DNA of 63,853 nucleotides, filler included, from Lama guanicoe (taxonomy: Eukaryota), in assembly GCA_013239625.1 (NCBI GenBank). It is 209 parts of 209 records of this genome, joined end to end, with 100 filler letters (N's around TTAATTAATTAA, not from the genome) between each part and the next. Parts side by side here need not be neighbours in the genome. Positions count along the whole stretch, not along the records: positions 13,464 to 13,669 come from PNXV01033788.1; positions 13,770 to 13,975 come from PNXV01033789.1; positions 14,076 to 14,281 come from PNXV01033790.1; positions 14,382 to 14,587 come from PNXV01033791.1; positions 14,688 to 14,893 come from PNXV01033792.1; positions 14,994 to 15,199 come from PNXV01033793.1; positions 15,300 to 15,505 come from PNXV01033794.1; positions 15,606 to 15,811 come from PNXV01033795.1; 201 more parts are not named here. One strand, given 5' to 3'. Each line of letters starts with the position of its first letter. Position 1 is the first letter of the stretch. A model generated the notes under the pieces. That model was not told the origin of the DNA. It made no database searches and worked only from the letters and a program-made list of their open reading frames with translations. The position numbers were made by a program, and so were the translations under genes. Shown here in pieces: positions 13,602 through 26,521 of this stretch.

Positions 13602-15299
13602 GTAGGCCCGGGCCCGGGCACCGGGGGCCGGGGGAGCAGCGCGGTCTCTCCGCAGCAGACGGGGGGCCTNNNNNNNNNNNNNNNNNNNNNNNNNNNNNNN
13701 NNNNNNNNNNNNNTTAATTAATTAANNNNNNNNNNNNNNNNNNNNNNNNNNNNNNNNNNNNNNNNNNNNCTTGGTTTTCTTGAAAAATAGTAACCAGGCG
13801 TGAAGCCCGTCATGGCGGTGATAAAAATTAAACCACACCGTAGGAAGAGGTTGAACGTCTCAGCGTCTTTTTTCAGACATATATATAATATTCATTTTCA
13901 TATTCTCTTTCATTAAAGGCTATTAAAACATATTGAATATAGTTCCCTGTGCTGTACAGAAGAAACTTGTGTTTTNNNNNNNNNNNNNNNNNNNNNNNNN
14001 NNNNNNNNNNNNNNNNNNNTTAATTAATTAANNNNNNNNNNNNNNNNNNNNNNNNNNNNNNNNNNNNNNNNNNNNAGGACATGCTGTGTTACCACAGGTG
14101 GGCACATACTGCTCCGTTAAAATCTCTTCAGTAAACGAGGGAGACCGCCAGCAGCCCTTCACAGGATCCACTTAGCAAGGAAAAGGAGTTCTTCCAAAAT
14201 GATTGTCTCTTTTTTCTTTTTTAAGCACCTTAAAAGCTTTCTTGTCTTCCTTTGTCCTCTTTCAACAAGCTGTAATGGATCNNNNNNNNNNNNNNNNNNN
14301 NNNNNNNNNNNNNNNNNNNNNNNNNTTAATTAATTAANNNNNNNNNNNNNNNNNNNNNNNNNNNNNNNNNNNNNNNNNNNNAGGAAAGAGAAAGAACTGA
14401 GCAACCCTCCATGCACCGAAATCATCACTGCGTTTCCTTGACTTCTGTTTTCTAAGAACTACATTTCCCCCATCACTAAGCAGCCGATTCACACCTTGCC
14501 CAGGGCTTCCCAGGGGAGTAAAATAACCAAGAGGAAATATAAGGGAGGGGGCGCAGAGTAGAAGCCAGGGGCCCCCCAGCCGGCCCTNNNNNNNNNNNNN
14601 NNNNNNNNNNNNNNNNNNNNNNNNNNNNNNNTTAATTAATTAANNNNNNNNNNNNNNNNNNNNNNNNNNNNNNNNNNNNNNNNNNNNTATTAAAATTTCT
14701 AAAATGACCTAGCCTGATGAAAGACTGAAACAATATCACTATTCAAATGCAACATGATTTTTAATGTCTTTCATGAAAATCTTATTTTACCAGAAATACA
14801 CTGGCACAGTGGGAAAGCTACATACAGTCTTTAAAATAAAATGGTATCTGATTGATCTTCCAGTGTCTATTAGGACAAGTTGTAACGTATGTTNNNNNNN
14901 NNNNNNNNNNNNNNNNNNNNNNNNNNNNNNNNNNNNNTTAATTAATTAANNNNNNNNNNNNNNNNNNNNNNNNNNNNNNNNNNNNNNNNNNNNGGCAGCC
15001 CTTGCTGATGTATAAGCAGTGATTTAATCGGATTCCCAACAGGTGTGCACTGCTTTTCTTAAAGTCAGAGGCCCACTTCAGCTCTTGGAGAATGGATGGG
15101 GGACAGGCTACGACTGAGGGACCAATACTGGTTCCCCCAGAAGCTCCAGCAATTTAGGAGCATCTTGGAGGAACTGCTGGTGGCTTCCTGTAGTTGAGGN
15201 NNNNNNNNNNNNNNNNNNNNNNNNNNNNNNNNNNNNNNNNNNNTTAATTAATTAANNNNNNNNNNNNNNNNNNNNNNNNNNNNNNNNNNNNNNNNNNNN

Positions 15300-15505
15300 A
15301 AATGAGATACCACTATATACCTTTTAAAATGACTAAAATCTAGAACACAGACAACATCAAATGCTGGAGAGGATGTGGAGCAATAGAAACTCCTATCAAC
15401 CATACATAGGTAGGATTGTAAAATGGTACAGCCACTTTGGAAGCCAATTGGCAATTTCTTCCAAAACTAAACATATTATTATCACACAATTCAGCAACTG
15501 CACTC
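15300..15505 (+). mobile_element. Old LINE-1 ORF2 3' fragment
   Basis: aatgagataccactata...aaatgctggagaggatgtggagcaa...aaaatggtacagccactttggaa. Confidence 0.88.
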
Positions 15506-15911
15506 NNNNNNNNNNNNNNNNNNNNNNNNNNNNNNNNNNNNNNNNNNNNTTAATTAATTAANNNNNNNNNNNNNNNNNNNNNNNNNNNNNNNNNNNNNNN
15601 NNNNNGGCACTGACCTCCTTTTGGCTGCCTGACGCTCTTTCGGGTTGGTCTTGTGGAATGGAACTCATTTCCCATTTCTGTTGGTTCTCCTTAGAGCCCT
15701 GTCCCCATGGTGCCTCTGGTGCTTCTGTCTGGTTCCCCTAACTTGCCCCCTGAGCGATGCTCCAACCACAGACAACAGAAATCATGAACTCAGAGAGAAC
15801 TCAGGGAGTGGNNNNNNNNNNNNNNNNNNNNNNNNNNNNNNNNNNNNNNNNNNNNTTAATTAATTAANNNNNNNNNNNNNNNNNNNNNNNNNNNNNNNNN
15901 NNNNNNNNNNN

Positions 15912-16117
15912 TAGAGCCTGTTACATTCTTTAACTGTAAGTGACATTGTTTTTCACACTTTAATGTCTAAAATCAAGCTGCATCTTACTATTTGGCATAC
16001 AGTGGTCACTGTTGGTCTGGTGACACTGGGATGCAGTTGTGCTCTGTGCGTGCACAAGCCTGGATACCGTTCCTCATCATCCAAGCAGACAAATGAAACC
16101 ACTCCATGTTTCAGTCC
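15912..16117 (+). repeat. Near-identical copy of contig 18666-18871
   Basis: Same boundaries, 5 substitutions, 49 identical bases at each end. Confidence 0.97.
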
Positions 16118-16523
16118 NNNNNNNNNNNNNNNNNNNNNNNNNNNNNNNNNNNNNNNNNNNNTTAATTAATTAANNNNNNNNNNNNNNNNNNNNNNNNNNN
16201 NNNNNNNNNNNNNNNNNCCCGAATGGCTTCTACTACTCTAAGGAGATAAAAATGGACATGCCTGAGACAGGGCAGAGAAAATCAATAAGTAATGAAAGTG
16301 AACATGAGAGCAATCGTGTTGTCTCAATCGCAGGAGTCAAGGAGGTGTCTGAGCGCTGGGATGGGCCAGTGACACACCTAAGGGCCTGGGGGCCTGGGGG
16401 AGATGTAGCCTTGGGGGTGTGTCNNNNNNNNNNNNNNNNNNNNNNNNNNNNNNNNNNNNNNNNNNNNTTAATTAATTAANNNNNNNNNNNNNNNNNNNNN
16501 NNNNNNNNNNNNNNNNNNNNNNN

Positions 16524-16682
16524 TGAAATCATATCAAGTATCATTTCTGATAATAATGGTATAAACCAAAAATTAATGACAGAGGAAAATAAGAAAATTC
16601 ACAAATGTGTGAAAATTAATGTGCATACTCCTTATAAACTATTGGGTTAAAGAAGATATCAGAAATGAAATAAAAAATATTG
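16524..16682 (+). mobile_element. LINE-1 ORF2 fragment (end of endonuclease region)
   Basis: tgaaatcatatcaagtatcatttctgataataatggtataaaac (EIISSIxSDxNG). Confidence 0.8.
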
Positions 16683-18053
16683 TGGGGTGATGTCACCAGG
16701 ATGGCAATGTAGGTTATTACAGACTTTGCNNNNNNNNNNNNNNNNNNNNNNNNNNNNNNNNNNNNNNNNNNNNTTAATTAATTAANNNNNNNNNNNNNNN
16801 NNNNNNNNNNNNNNNNNNNNNNNNNNNNNCCTGATCAGGAAGGGCCAAGGGTTTGCCATCAGTCACACACCCCTGCAGGCAATCAGTTGTGACTTTAAAC
16901 TGAGCTCTCCTGGGCTCCTTGAAGTACGAAGAGGGAAAATGTAAAGCAGAAGACTTAGCTACAGCAGGTAAGACACTTTCAGCACACATAAGTGTGTAGC
17001 ATGTACATCAAGATACTCACTGCAGCATTTTTTATNNNNNNNNNNNNNNNNNNNNNNNNNNNNNNNNNNNNNNNNNNNNTTAATTAATTAANNNNNNNNN
17101 NNNNNNNNNNNNNNNNNNNNNNNNNNNNNNNNNNNATTTTCTTGAACGTTTCCCTCTGCAACCTGGTCTAAGGTTCAGGTCTTCCGTCCGCCGGGGCAGA
17201 GCGTATCAGTCAGGGCAGACGGGCAGCCTTGTTTTCCCTTCGAAAATTGGAGTCTAAAGCCATATTAGCTCTAGCCATAACAGTAATTATCACATGACTT
17301 GCATGGCAAGCCTTCCTGATTTTTTTTGGTAAATTTTCTTTNNNNNNNNNNNNNNNNNNNNNNNNNNNNNNNNNNNNNNNNNNNNTTAATTAATTAANNN
17401 NNNNNNNNNNNNNNNNNNNNNNNNNNNNNNNNNNNNNNNNNCAGTGGGAGGACCGGGGAGGCGGCTTTTTCTTTCATTTTTTCTACTTGGGGAGATTTGT
17501 ACAGACCGATGCAAACGGTTTCTTAAAAAGTGCAACAAAAGACACAGTGAAACTGAAACGCTGTCTGTGGGGACGCGGACCCCCCGCTCTTCCTGGCGGA
17601 GCGGCTGCTGCTTCGCTTTCCTTCGTGGGTCCCTGAGCTCTGCTCCCNNNNNNNNNNNNNNNNNNNNNNNNNNNNNNNNNNNNNNNNNNNNTTAATTAAT
17701 TAANNNNNNNNNNNNNNNNNNNNNNNNNNNNNNNNNNNNNNNNNNNNGTGTGCTTTTCTATCCTACTGAAATTCCCTGCAGAGCATCATTCCTCTCCGGT
17801 AGGTCAACTCTAACTACCTTCTCTGGGTCCTTGTGGTTTTGCTTGCCCCTTCCCTAGTATTCACTCTTTCTCCTTAGCCCAGCTCTTGTGTTCATGATGC
17901 TACACCATACCATGCCATCTGAGTTTCTCTCACCTCTCCTGTCTGTTTCCCTCNNNNNNNNNNNNNNNNNNNNNNNNNNNNNNNNNNNNNNNNNNNNTTA
18001 ATTAATTAANNNNNNNNNNNNNNNNNNNNNNNNNNNNNNNNNNNNNNNNNNNN

Positions 18054-18259
18054 CTACACCATTTCACATTCCCATCAGTAATATACAAAGGTTCAATTTT
18101 TTTCAACATCCTAACCAGCATTTATTTCGTGGTTTTATACAAGTTAGTGTGTTTCTTTCTTTTTTTTTTTTTAATAATAGTTATTCTAATGGGTGTGAAG
18201 TGGTATCTCATGGTTTTGATGTGCATTTCTCTGATGATGACTCTGAGCATCTTTACATG
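18054..18259 (-). mobile_element. LINE-1 ORF2 3' fragment
   Basis: ttctaatgggtgtgaagtggtatctcatggttttgatgtgcatttctctgatga. Confidence 0.88.
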
Positions 18260-18359
18260 NNNNNNNNNNNNNNNNNNNNNNNNNNNNNNNNNNNNNNNNN
18301 NNNTTAATTAATTAANNNNNNNNNNNNNNNNNNNNNNNNNNNNNNNNNNNNNNNNNNNN

Positions 18360-18565
18360 TTCTACCCAAGCAATAGAAATAGAAGCAAAAATAAACAAAT
18401 GGGACCTATCTAATTAAACTTATAAGTTTTGTCACAACAAAGTAAACCATAAACAAAACAAAGAGACAATCTACAGAATGGGAGAAAATATTTATAAAAG
18501 ATGAATTTGACAAGGGCTTAATCTCCAGAATATTTAAGCAGCTCATACAACTTCATAAGAAAAAA
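18360..18565 (+). mobile_element. LINE-1 ORF2 fragment
   Basis: gcaaaaataaacaaatgggaccta...aagagacaatctacagaatgggagaaaatattt (KINKWD..TEWEKIF). Confidence 0.92.
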
Positions 18566-18665
18566 NNNNNNNNNNNNNNNNNNNNNNNNNNNNNNNNNNN
18601 NNNNNNNNNTTAATTAATTAANNNNNNNNNNNNNNNNNNNNNNNNNNNNNNNNNNNNNNNNNNNN

Positions 18666-18871
18666 TAGAGCCTGTTACATTCTTTAACTGTAAGTGACAT
18701 TGTTTTTCACACTTAAATGTCTAAAATCAAGCTGCATCTTACTATTTGGCATACTGTGGTCACTGTTGGTCTGGTGACACTGAGATGCAGTTATGCTCTG
18801 TGCGTGCACAAGCCTGGATACTGTTCCTCATCATCCAAGCAGACAAATGAAACCACTCCATGTTTCAGTCC
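18666..18871 (+). repeat. Near-identical copy of contig 15912-16117
   Basis: Direct comparison shows 5 substitutions. Confidence 0.97.
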
Positions 18872-21419
18872 NNNNNNNNNNNNNNNNNNNNNNNNNNNNN
18901 NNNNNNNNNNNNNNNTTAATTAATTAANNNNNNNNNNNNNNNNNNNNNNNNNNNNNNNNNNNNNNNNNNNNACACACACACACATGCTCCTGTTTGAATT
19001 TTTGAGCTACCACCTGGCAGGCATTTAAGTGTGATTGAATTTCCTTCCTTTTTCTCCGGCCGAGTATACTTAGAAATGGGAGCTTAATGACCTCAGTCCA
19101 GGAGGACGTAATTCCCGGAGAGGGAGGCAATCGCCAAGAACCTGAAGGGAACCAGCATTACGAGAGGTGGTCTTCACNNNNNNNNNNNNNNNNNNNNNNN
19201 NNNNNNNNNNNNNNNNNNNNNTTAATTAATTAANNNNNNNNNNNNNNNNNNNNNNNNNNNNNNNNNNNNNNNNNNNNACACTTGTTTTTGTCCCTGAATG
19301 TGGTTCTTGATAAATGTTTCATTTGCACTTTACAGAGAATGCATGTTTGGCTATCACTGGGGGGAGTGTTCTATAAATGTGAATTAGTTCAAGTAGATTG
19401 ACAGTGTTAAAATTGTCTGTCTCTTTTCTGTCTACTTGTCTTATTAATAAATTGAGAATGGGATCTGGATCTCCTGACTGTAANNNNNNNNNNNNNNNNN
19501 NNNNNNNNNNNNNNNNNNNNNNNNNNNTTAATTAATTAANNNNNNNNNNNNNNNNNNNNNNNNNNNNNNNNNNNNNNNNNNNNCATTCTAGAGATGAGAA
19601 CACAGAGACTGATCCCAGGGTGGGAGGGACCAGGGTCCTCAGGCCAACGTGGCCACTTGGGGATGGAGGAGAAACAGGATGGTCTGTAGAAAAATGCAGA
19701 AGCTTCCTTGACTTAACATGAACTGGGATTCTGTCAAAGTCTCTCAGATTCTGGCTCGTATGTGGGCACTGACTTTGCATCTGGCCAAGNNNNNNNNNNN
19801 NNNNNNNNNNNNNNNNNNNNNNNNNNNNNNNNNTTAATTAATTAANNNNNNNNNNNNNNNNNNNNNNNNNNNNNNNNNNNNNNNNNNNNCAACAGCCACA
19901 TCAAATTAAATATGCCTAGAGGTGAACTCACTAGCTTCGCCTTCAAATATGCTTCTCCTCCTGTTTTCTTTCCCCTTGAAGATTTTATTAAGTCAATGAG
20001 AAAAATGTCCATATTGAAGTCCATTTTCTATTCTAAGTTATTTTGATAGTTTCAAAATTTAAAGAGTTGAATATACAGAAAAACAATGAAAAACCNNNNN
20101 NNNNNNNNNNNNNNNNNNNNNNNNNNNNNNNNNNNNNNNTTAATTAATTAANNNNNNNNNNNNNNNNNNNNNNNNNNNNNNNNNNNNNNNNNNNNCCAAT
20201 TAATTTACCATGAAAATGTATCATTTACCTATTATGATTGAACCCTTTTACCCAACATTGTAAACCAAATAACCAAAATGTACAGAAGGAAGTAAAGTGC
20301 TGAGTAAATTACACAGCTAAGTGGGCAAAGGAAATTAGATAAAACAAAAACATATACACTGGAATTTGACACAACATTGTAAAATGATTATAAATCAATA
20401 ANNNNNNNNNNNNNNNNNNNNNNNNNNNNNNNNNNNNNNNNNNNNTTAATTAATTAANNNNNNNNNNNNNNNNNNNNNNNNNNNNNNNNNNNNNNNNNNN
20501 NATTTTACATGGCTAAAAGATGGATGTCCCAAAGTAATTACAGAGTTAGGGAGATAGAGATTTCTCTTAATTGGAAACGTTACACATAAGAAGACATTTT
20601 TTTCTCCTAATGAGGAAGGTGATACTAACTTTATTATTTTTCTCCTGTGCTTTCTTTAAAAAAGAATAACTGAAAGTTAAGGAGAGAAAGCTATATACCC
20701 CATACCANNNNNNNNNNNNNNNNNNNNNNNNNNNNNNNNNNNNNNNNNNNNTTAATTAATTAANNNNNNNNNNNNNNNNNNNNNNNNNNNNNNNNNNNNN
20801 NNNNNNNGAGTTAAATAACACATTGAGGCCACATGCTCATTCTTAGCAAAACCAGAATATAAACCCAGGCAAGTCCACTTCATTAGGTTTAATGTTTTCC
20901 CAAACTTTACCTTTAACCACAGTGTAGAGCCCAAGGTTTATGCAAAATCTTAACTGAAGCGTATCTTAAAAATCATAAAGACTAACTTCATCATTTTAAA
21001 GATGGGGACCACANNNNNNNNNNNNNNNNNNNNNNNNNNNNNNNNNNNNNNNNNNNNTTAATTAATTAANNNNNNNNNNNNNNNNNNNNNNNNNNNNNNN
21101 NNNNNNNNNNNNNCAACGTGATTCTGCTCTACATATTCTACAGAGTTAAACCTTTATTTTAACACAAGTCAAGGGACAACCTATATTGCTAAGTCCCTAC
21201 AGAAACAGTATTGCTGGGGTAATGTAAGTTTTGTAAAAGGCAGGTGTGGAGCTAGAAAACAAACACAAGCGAAAAACATTTAGGAATGACAGCAATCAGA
21301 CATTACCATAGATAAGGACNNNNNNNNNNNNNNNNNNNNNNNNNNNNNNNNNNNNNNNNNNNNTTAATTAATTAANNNNNNNNNNNNNNNNNNNNNNNNN
21401 NNNNNNNNNNNNNNNNNNN

Positions 21420-21625
21420 GGAGATCATCATTCTAAGTGAAGTAAGCCAGAAAGACAAAGAAAAATACAATATCACATATGCAGAATCTAAAAAAGAAAA
21501 CAAAAGACACTATGAACTCATCTACAAACAAAAACAGACTCACAGACCTAGTACACAAACTTACAGTTACCAGGGAAAAGGGGATGAGAAGGGATAAATT
21601 GGGAGTTCAAGATCTGCAGATACTA
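21420..21625 (+). mobile_element. LINE-1 3' UTR
   Basis: gagatcatcattctaagtgaagtaagccagaaagacaaagaaaaatac. Confidence 0.92.
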
Positions 21626-22949
21626 NNNNNNNNNNNNNNNNNNNNNNNNNNNNNNNNNNNNNNNNNNNNTTAATTAATTAANNNNNNNNNNNNNNNNNNN
21701 NNNNNNNNNNNNNNNNNNNNNNNNNACTGAGGACCCTCACCAGGACACAGCCAGGAAGAGCCAAATGTACAGCTGGGGGAGAAGAGCCAAATCCTGGGAA
21801 GAAGTACACGCATTTGAGACCCAAGCTAGACTTGGATCCTGCCCCCAAATACCAGAAATATGATCTGTGGCACATTGTATAGGGAATAACTGGCTCAGAT
21901 TCTTATATGATTCTTCCTTCATAATCTGAATNNNNNNNNNNNNNNNNNNNNNNNNNNNNNNNNNNNNNNNNNNNNTTAATTAATTAANNNNNNNNNNNNN
22001 NNNNNNNNNNNNNNNNNNNNNNNNNNNNNNNTTAATTCATTAATTCTCTGGGCAGGGCCTTCTATTCCTTTTCGGTTTATGTATGAAAGCAGTGCCAATC
22101 CCAAAGACCACACAAAAGCAGCAGCAGCAACAGTGTGGCTGAAAGGAAGTGATCTTGGCTAATATTCCAGCTGTAAAGTCTTCACGACTCAGAATAGGCA
22201 ATTTTTTGATTGTTGGATTTTTTCCCCCTCTCTTGATNNNNNNNNNNNNNNNNNNNNNNNNNNNNNNNNNNNNNNNNNNNNTTAATTAATTAANNNNNNN
22301 NNNNNNNNNNNNNNNNNNNNNNNNNNNNNNNNNNNNNTTGAACAGGTCAACCGTGATTTCTATAGTCTCCCGGCCTGAGAAGAAACATGTAACAGGTGAT
22401 GATACTATTTAAGACATGGCACTGAAAAAAGTTCTTACTGATTTAGAATTCAAGTGCCCATGTTTTCCCTAGAAGACTGAGAAAAAATTCCTAGGTAATC
22501 ATATATTCTTTATGTGTCTCATAGTATGTTTCCCTTCTTGCATNNNNNNNNNNNNNNNNNNNNNNNNNNNNNNNNNNNNNNNNNNNNTTAATTAATTAAN
22601 NNNNNNNNNNNNNNNNNNNNNNNNNNNNNNNNNNNNNNNNNNNGCTAATACTCAGTCTAGAGTCAAGTGGGAACCATGGTTTTACATAAGCAGTGGAAAC
22701 GACTACCAGACTTCTGGTCTCTTTTAGGTAGAATAGTCATTTGGACTCAACATCTTACAGGGATCCCGTTGCCCTACTCCCTAGTTTCTCTTCTCCATCG
22801 TCTGCTCTACCCAAGTGCCTAGTGCCAATAGTGGCTTCAGTCATCCAAGNNNNNNNNNNNNNNNNNNNNNNNNNNNNNNNNNNNNNNNNNNNNTTAATTA
22901 ATTAANNNNNNNNNNNNNNNNNNNNNNNNNNNNNNNNNNNNNNNNNNNN

Positions 22950-23155
22950 TTCTCTGTTCTGCAACTTTTTATCTCTATGTGAATGGGAAAGTGTTATAAC
23001 TTCAAAGCTCAGAGCCTTGAGAACTGACTATCCTGTATAATTCAGGCTATAAGCAACATTCTTTTACAAATGGCACAGAACCAGCATGACTGAGCCCAGG
23101 AGACAGAGCACAGCGTTAGAGCCAAAGGAACAGATCTAATGTGGAGTCAGATTTG
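22950..23155 (-). mobile_element. ERV LTR fragment (artiodactyl type)
   Basis: cagagccttgagaa..ctatcctgtata.ttcaggctata.gcaacattctt...gttagagccaaaggaacagatctaat.tggagtcagatttg resembles a recalled LTR. Confidence 0.55.
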
Positions 23156-23561
23156 NNNNNNNNNNNNNNNNNNNNNNNNNNNNNNNNNNNNNNNNNNNNT
23201 TAATTAATTAANNNNNNNNNNNNNNNNNNNNNNNNNNNNNNNNNNNNNNNNNNNNCAGGATGGGGAAACTACAAAACCTGAGAAGAATGTGAACTGATGC
23301 CCCACGTCACTCATTATGAGAAAAAAAATACCACTTAAAAACATCTTACACCCATCGAAGTGCTAAAAGTGGGAAGTTGAATCATCATAAAAATATGGGG
23401 AAATAGGAGCTCTCTTAAACTGCTGCTTCTTTCTAGAGGACAATGTGGAATTATTCTGAGANNNNNNNNNNNNNNNNNNNNNNNNNNNNNNNNNNNNNNN
23501 NNNNNTTAATTAATTAANNNNNNNNNNNNNNNNNNNNNNNNNNNNNNNNNNNNNNNNNNNN

Positions 23562-23767
23562 TATAGAATACAGAATATAGAATGTTGAACACAGCATATA
23601 GAAATAGGAAAACAGAATACAGAACCCAGAATTTAGAATATGGAATTCAGAAAACAGAATTTAAAATATAGAATACAATACTGAATATCGAATTTAGAAT
23701 ATAGAATGCAGATCACATAATATAGAATATAGAATATGGAATGCAGAATATAGAACACAGAATATAG
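23562..23767 (+). repeat. Degenerate 7-mer (AGAATAT)n satellite
   Basis: The whole contig consists of variants of tagaata/cagaata. Confidence 0.92.
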
Positions 23768-24894
23768 NNNNNNNNNNNNNNNNNNNNNNNNNNNNNNNNN
23801 NNNNNNNNNNNTTAATTAATTAANNNNNNNNNNNNNNNNNNNNNNNNNNNNNNNNNNNNNNNNNNNNTTCTCCACGGCACTTTGAAGTATCTGACATGAG
23901 CTATATTTATTGATTCTTTGCCTCTTTCCTCTCATCAGTCTGTAGGCTTCATGAGGATATGGACTTCGTGTTGTTCACTTTTGCATCTCTGGCCTGGGGG
24001 TTCCATTTGACAAATATCAATGTATGCGTAAACCATCTCCCCAAAACATACTCTCCACTGTGGGCCAACTCTCNNNNNNNNNNNNNNNNNNNNNNNNNNN
24101 NNNNNNNNNNNNNNNNNTTAATTAATTAANNNNNNNNNNNNNNNNNNNNNNNNNNNNNNNNNNNNNNNNNNNNCAAAATAAATCATTTTTGAATAAAAGG
24201 ATGAATCACCCTGTAATATTATGTGTGAAAAAAACGGATGGGGGAAAATATTTGAAAAATATGTGGACCTTATCCCAGTCTCACCCTCTGGAGATGGCCG
24301 GGGGAGGAGTGAAAATAATGGCTTCCAAACTGGCAGAGGCTCACATTGTCCAAGAAGCTCTCCATCCTGGCCCACTGTGNNNNNNNNNNNNNNNNNNNNN
24401 NNNNNNNNNNNNNNNNNNNNNNNTTAATTAATTAANNNNNNNNNNNNNNNNNNNNNNNNNNNNNNNNNNNNNNNNNNNNTCAGAAGATGCAGACCTGCCA
24501 GGTTTATATGCCTTTTCTGTTGACCTTAAAAAAACTTTGTGGGGAAAGGAAAATGTCACCCTGCAGACAAGCCATTCTCACTGAGGGGAAGATTAGAAGG
24601 TAGGACAGAGTAGGAAAAGTATGTCCGGGTGCATATTCCCAATGATAGGGCAATATTTATCAACAGTTATTTAAAAAGGGCCTGANNNNNNNNNNNNNNN
24701 NNNNNNNNNNNNNNNNNNNNNNNNNNNNNTTAATTAATTAANNNNNNNNNNNNNNNNNNNNNNNNNNNNNNNNNNNNNNNNNNNNCCCTGAAGAGAAGGT
24801 AGATAAGGAGGTGAGAAGAGCATCTCATGTTCAATAACAGTGAGAATCCAGGTTGGTTGAATGTGTGAAATTCACATGGGAATTGTAAGAGTGG

Positions 24895-24991
24895 TGGGCT
24901 CTGGGGGTCAGATGCCCACTTACTAGATGTATGAAGTAGAATGTGAATTAGCCTCTCTCTGCCTCAGTGCTGTCACCTGTAAAATGAGGAT
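24895..24991 (+). mobile_element. MIR SINE relic
   Basis: cacttactag...cctctctctgcctcagt..tcacctgtaaaatgaggat is the MIR core motif. Confidence 0.7.
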
Positions 24992-26315
24992 NNNNNNNNN
25001 NNNNNNNNNNNNNNNNNNNNNNNNNNNNNNNNNNNTTAATTAATTAANNNNNNNNNNNNNNNNNNNNNNNNNNNNNNNNNNNNNNNNNNNNGCCTTCCCA
25101 GTGATCTTTACCAAACTAAGAGATATGATGGACAGTCCCACTAAACCGTGAGGCAGCTGGGACGCCTGGCGATGATTTCATAGTATTTGTTTAGCAGAGA
25201 ATATCCGAAATTACTATGAGTCGTCTTTTTACAAAAATTGACTCATCACAAGACCCTCTTGCCACTTCAGTTTTCTCAACCCCCAGATCTTAACATGNNN
25301 NNNNNNNNNNNNNNNNNNNNNNNNNNNNNNNNNNNNNNNNNTTAATTAATTAANNNNNNNNNNNNNNNNNNNNNNNNNNNNNNNNNNNNNNNNNNNNTCC
25401 TGAGGAACTCCTCTCCAGTACCGGTTGTCTCCTTTCATTTTTGGAGCCACTTTTTGGAGAACAGGAAAGAGACAAGGCCAGCCCTTGCTGCAGACAGAGA
25501 AAGTACTATATTCATGTTGCAGTGGAGGAGGCTCCAAAGTCACATGTCCCACCTTTGTACCCTGCCATGAAGTGGCTCTGAAGGCAGGTAGGCATATGCA
25601 TTCNNNNNNNNNNNNNNNNNNNNNNNNNNNNNNNNNNNNNNNNNNNNTTAATTAATTAANNNNNNNNNNNNNNNNNNNNNNNNNNNNNNNNNNNNNNNNN
25701 NNNAGTCATCAAACAATGGTGAGGATCATGCTGATCTTGGCCAGGAACCACAAAGATCACTTATTTCAATCCCACTTTCATTTATGTTCTCCTAGCTTGC
25801 TAAAAGTCAGGCAGAAAGAAGAACAGATAATGATGCAGAAGGTCGCAACTTATGCTATAAAGGGCTCCCTCTTCTCTAAAGATGGCACGAAGAACTAAAG
25901 CAAAAGCGANNNNNNNNNNNNNNNNNNNNNNNNNNNNNNNNNNNNNNNNNNNNTTAATTAATTAANNNNNNNNNNNNNNNNNNNNNNNNNNNNNNNNNNN
26001 NNNNNNNNNAGACGTTCGTTCATCCAGCAGAAAGGGAACGGTTTGCAGGAGAAACACTAAATCTAGTTCTCAGTCTGTTTCCTAGTGCAGGTTTGAAGAT
26101 CCTGCCGTTTTCACTGCAAAAGCGATTTGGAGCTTGTACGTCCCCATATATAAGTATATACTGGATTTTGCATCTGAAAAGAAACTTTGTGTTCCCTTCA
26201 AGCTGGGTGAAGGACNNNNNNNNNNNNNNNNNNNNNNNNNNNNNNNNNNNNNNNNNNNNTTAATTAATTAANNNNNNNNNNNNNNNNNNNNNNNNNNNNN
26301 NNNNNNNNNNNNNNN

Positions 26316-26521
26316 TGTTTTTTTGTTTGTTTTATCAACAAGAGGCAGGCAGAGTGGGGGAGGTTTGTCCCAGGAAAACCCCAAAGGTCCTGATTGGTTA
26401 CAATTCCTCCCTTTTCTTTGTTACTCCTTAATCCTGAGGAGGAACAGGTGTGAAGCAAGAAAAGGAATGACGTTTTGGATAGAAAGGTTAATCACAAACC
26501 TGGCAGAGGAACTCAGCTTTA
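26316..26521 (-). mobile_element. ERV internal region / polypurine tract / start of 3' LTR
   Basis: The minus strand reads aaagaaaagggaggaa-t-TGTAACCAATCAGGACCTTTGGGG. The LTR start resembles the sequence from 33706. Confidence 0.7.

Noticed and set aside
15963..18923. Duplicated small protein MSKIKLHLTIWHTVVTVGLVTL..
   Set aside because: The duplication reflects bubble arms, the frame runs into the spacer, and no family is recognised.
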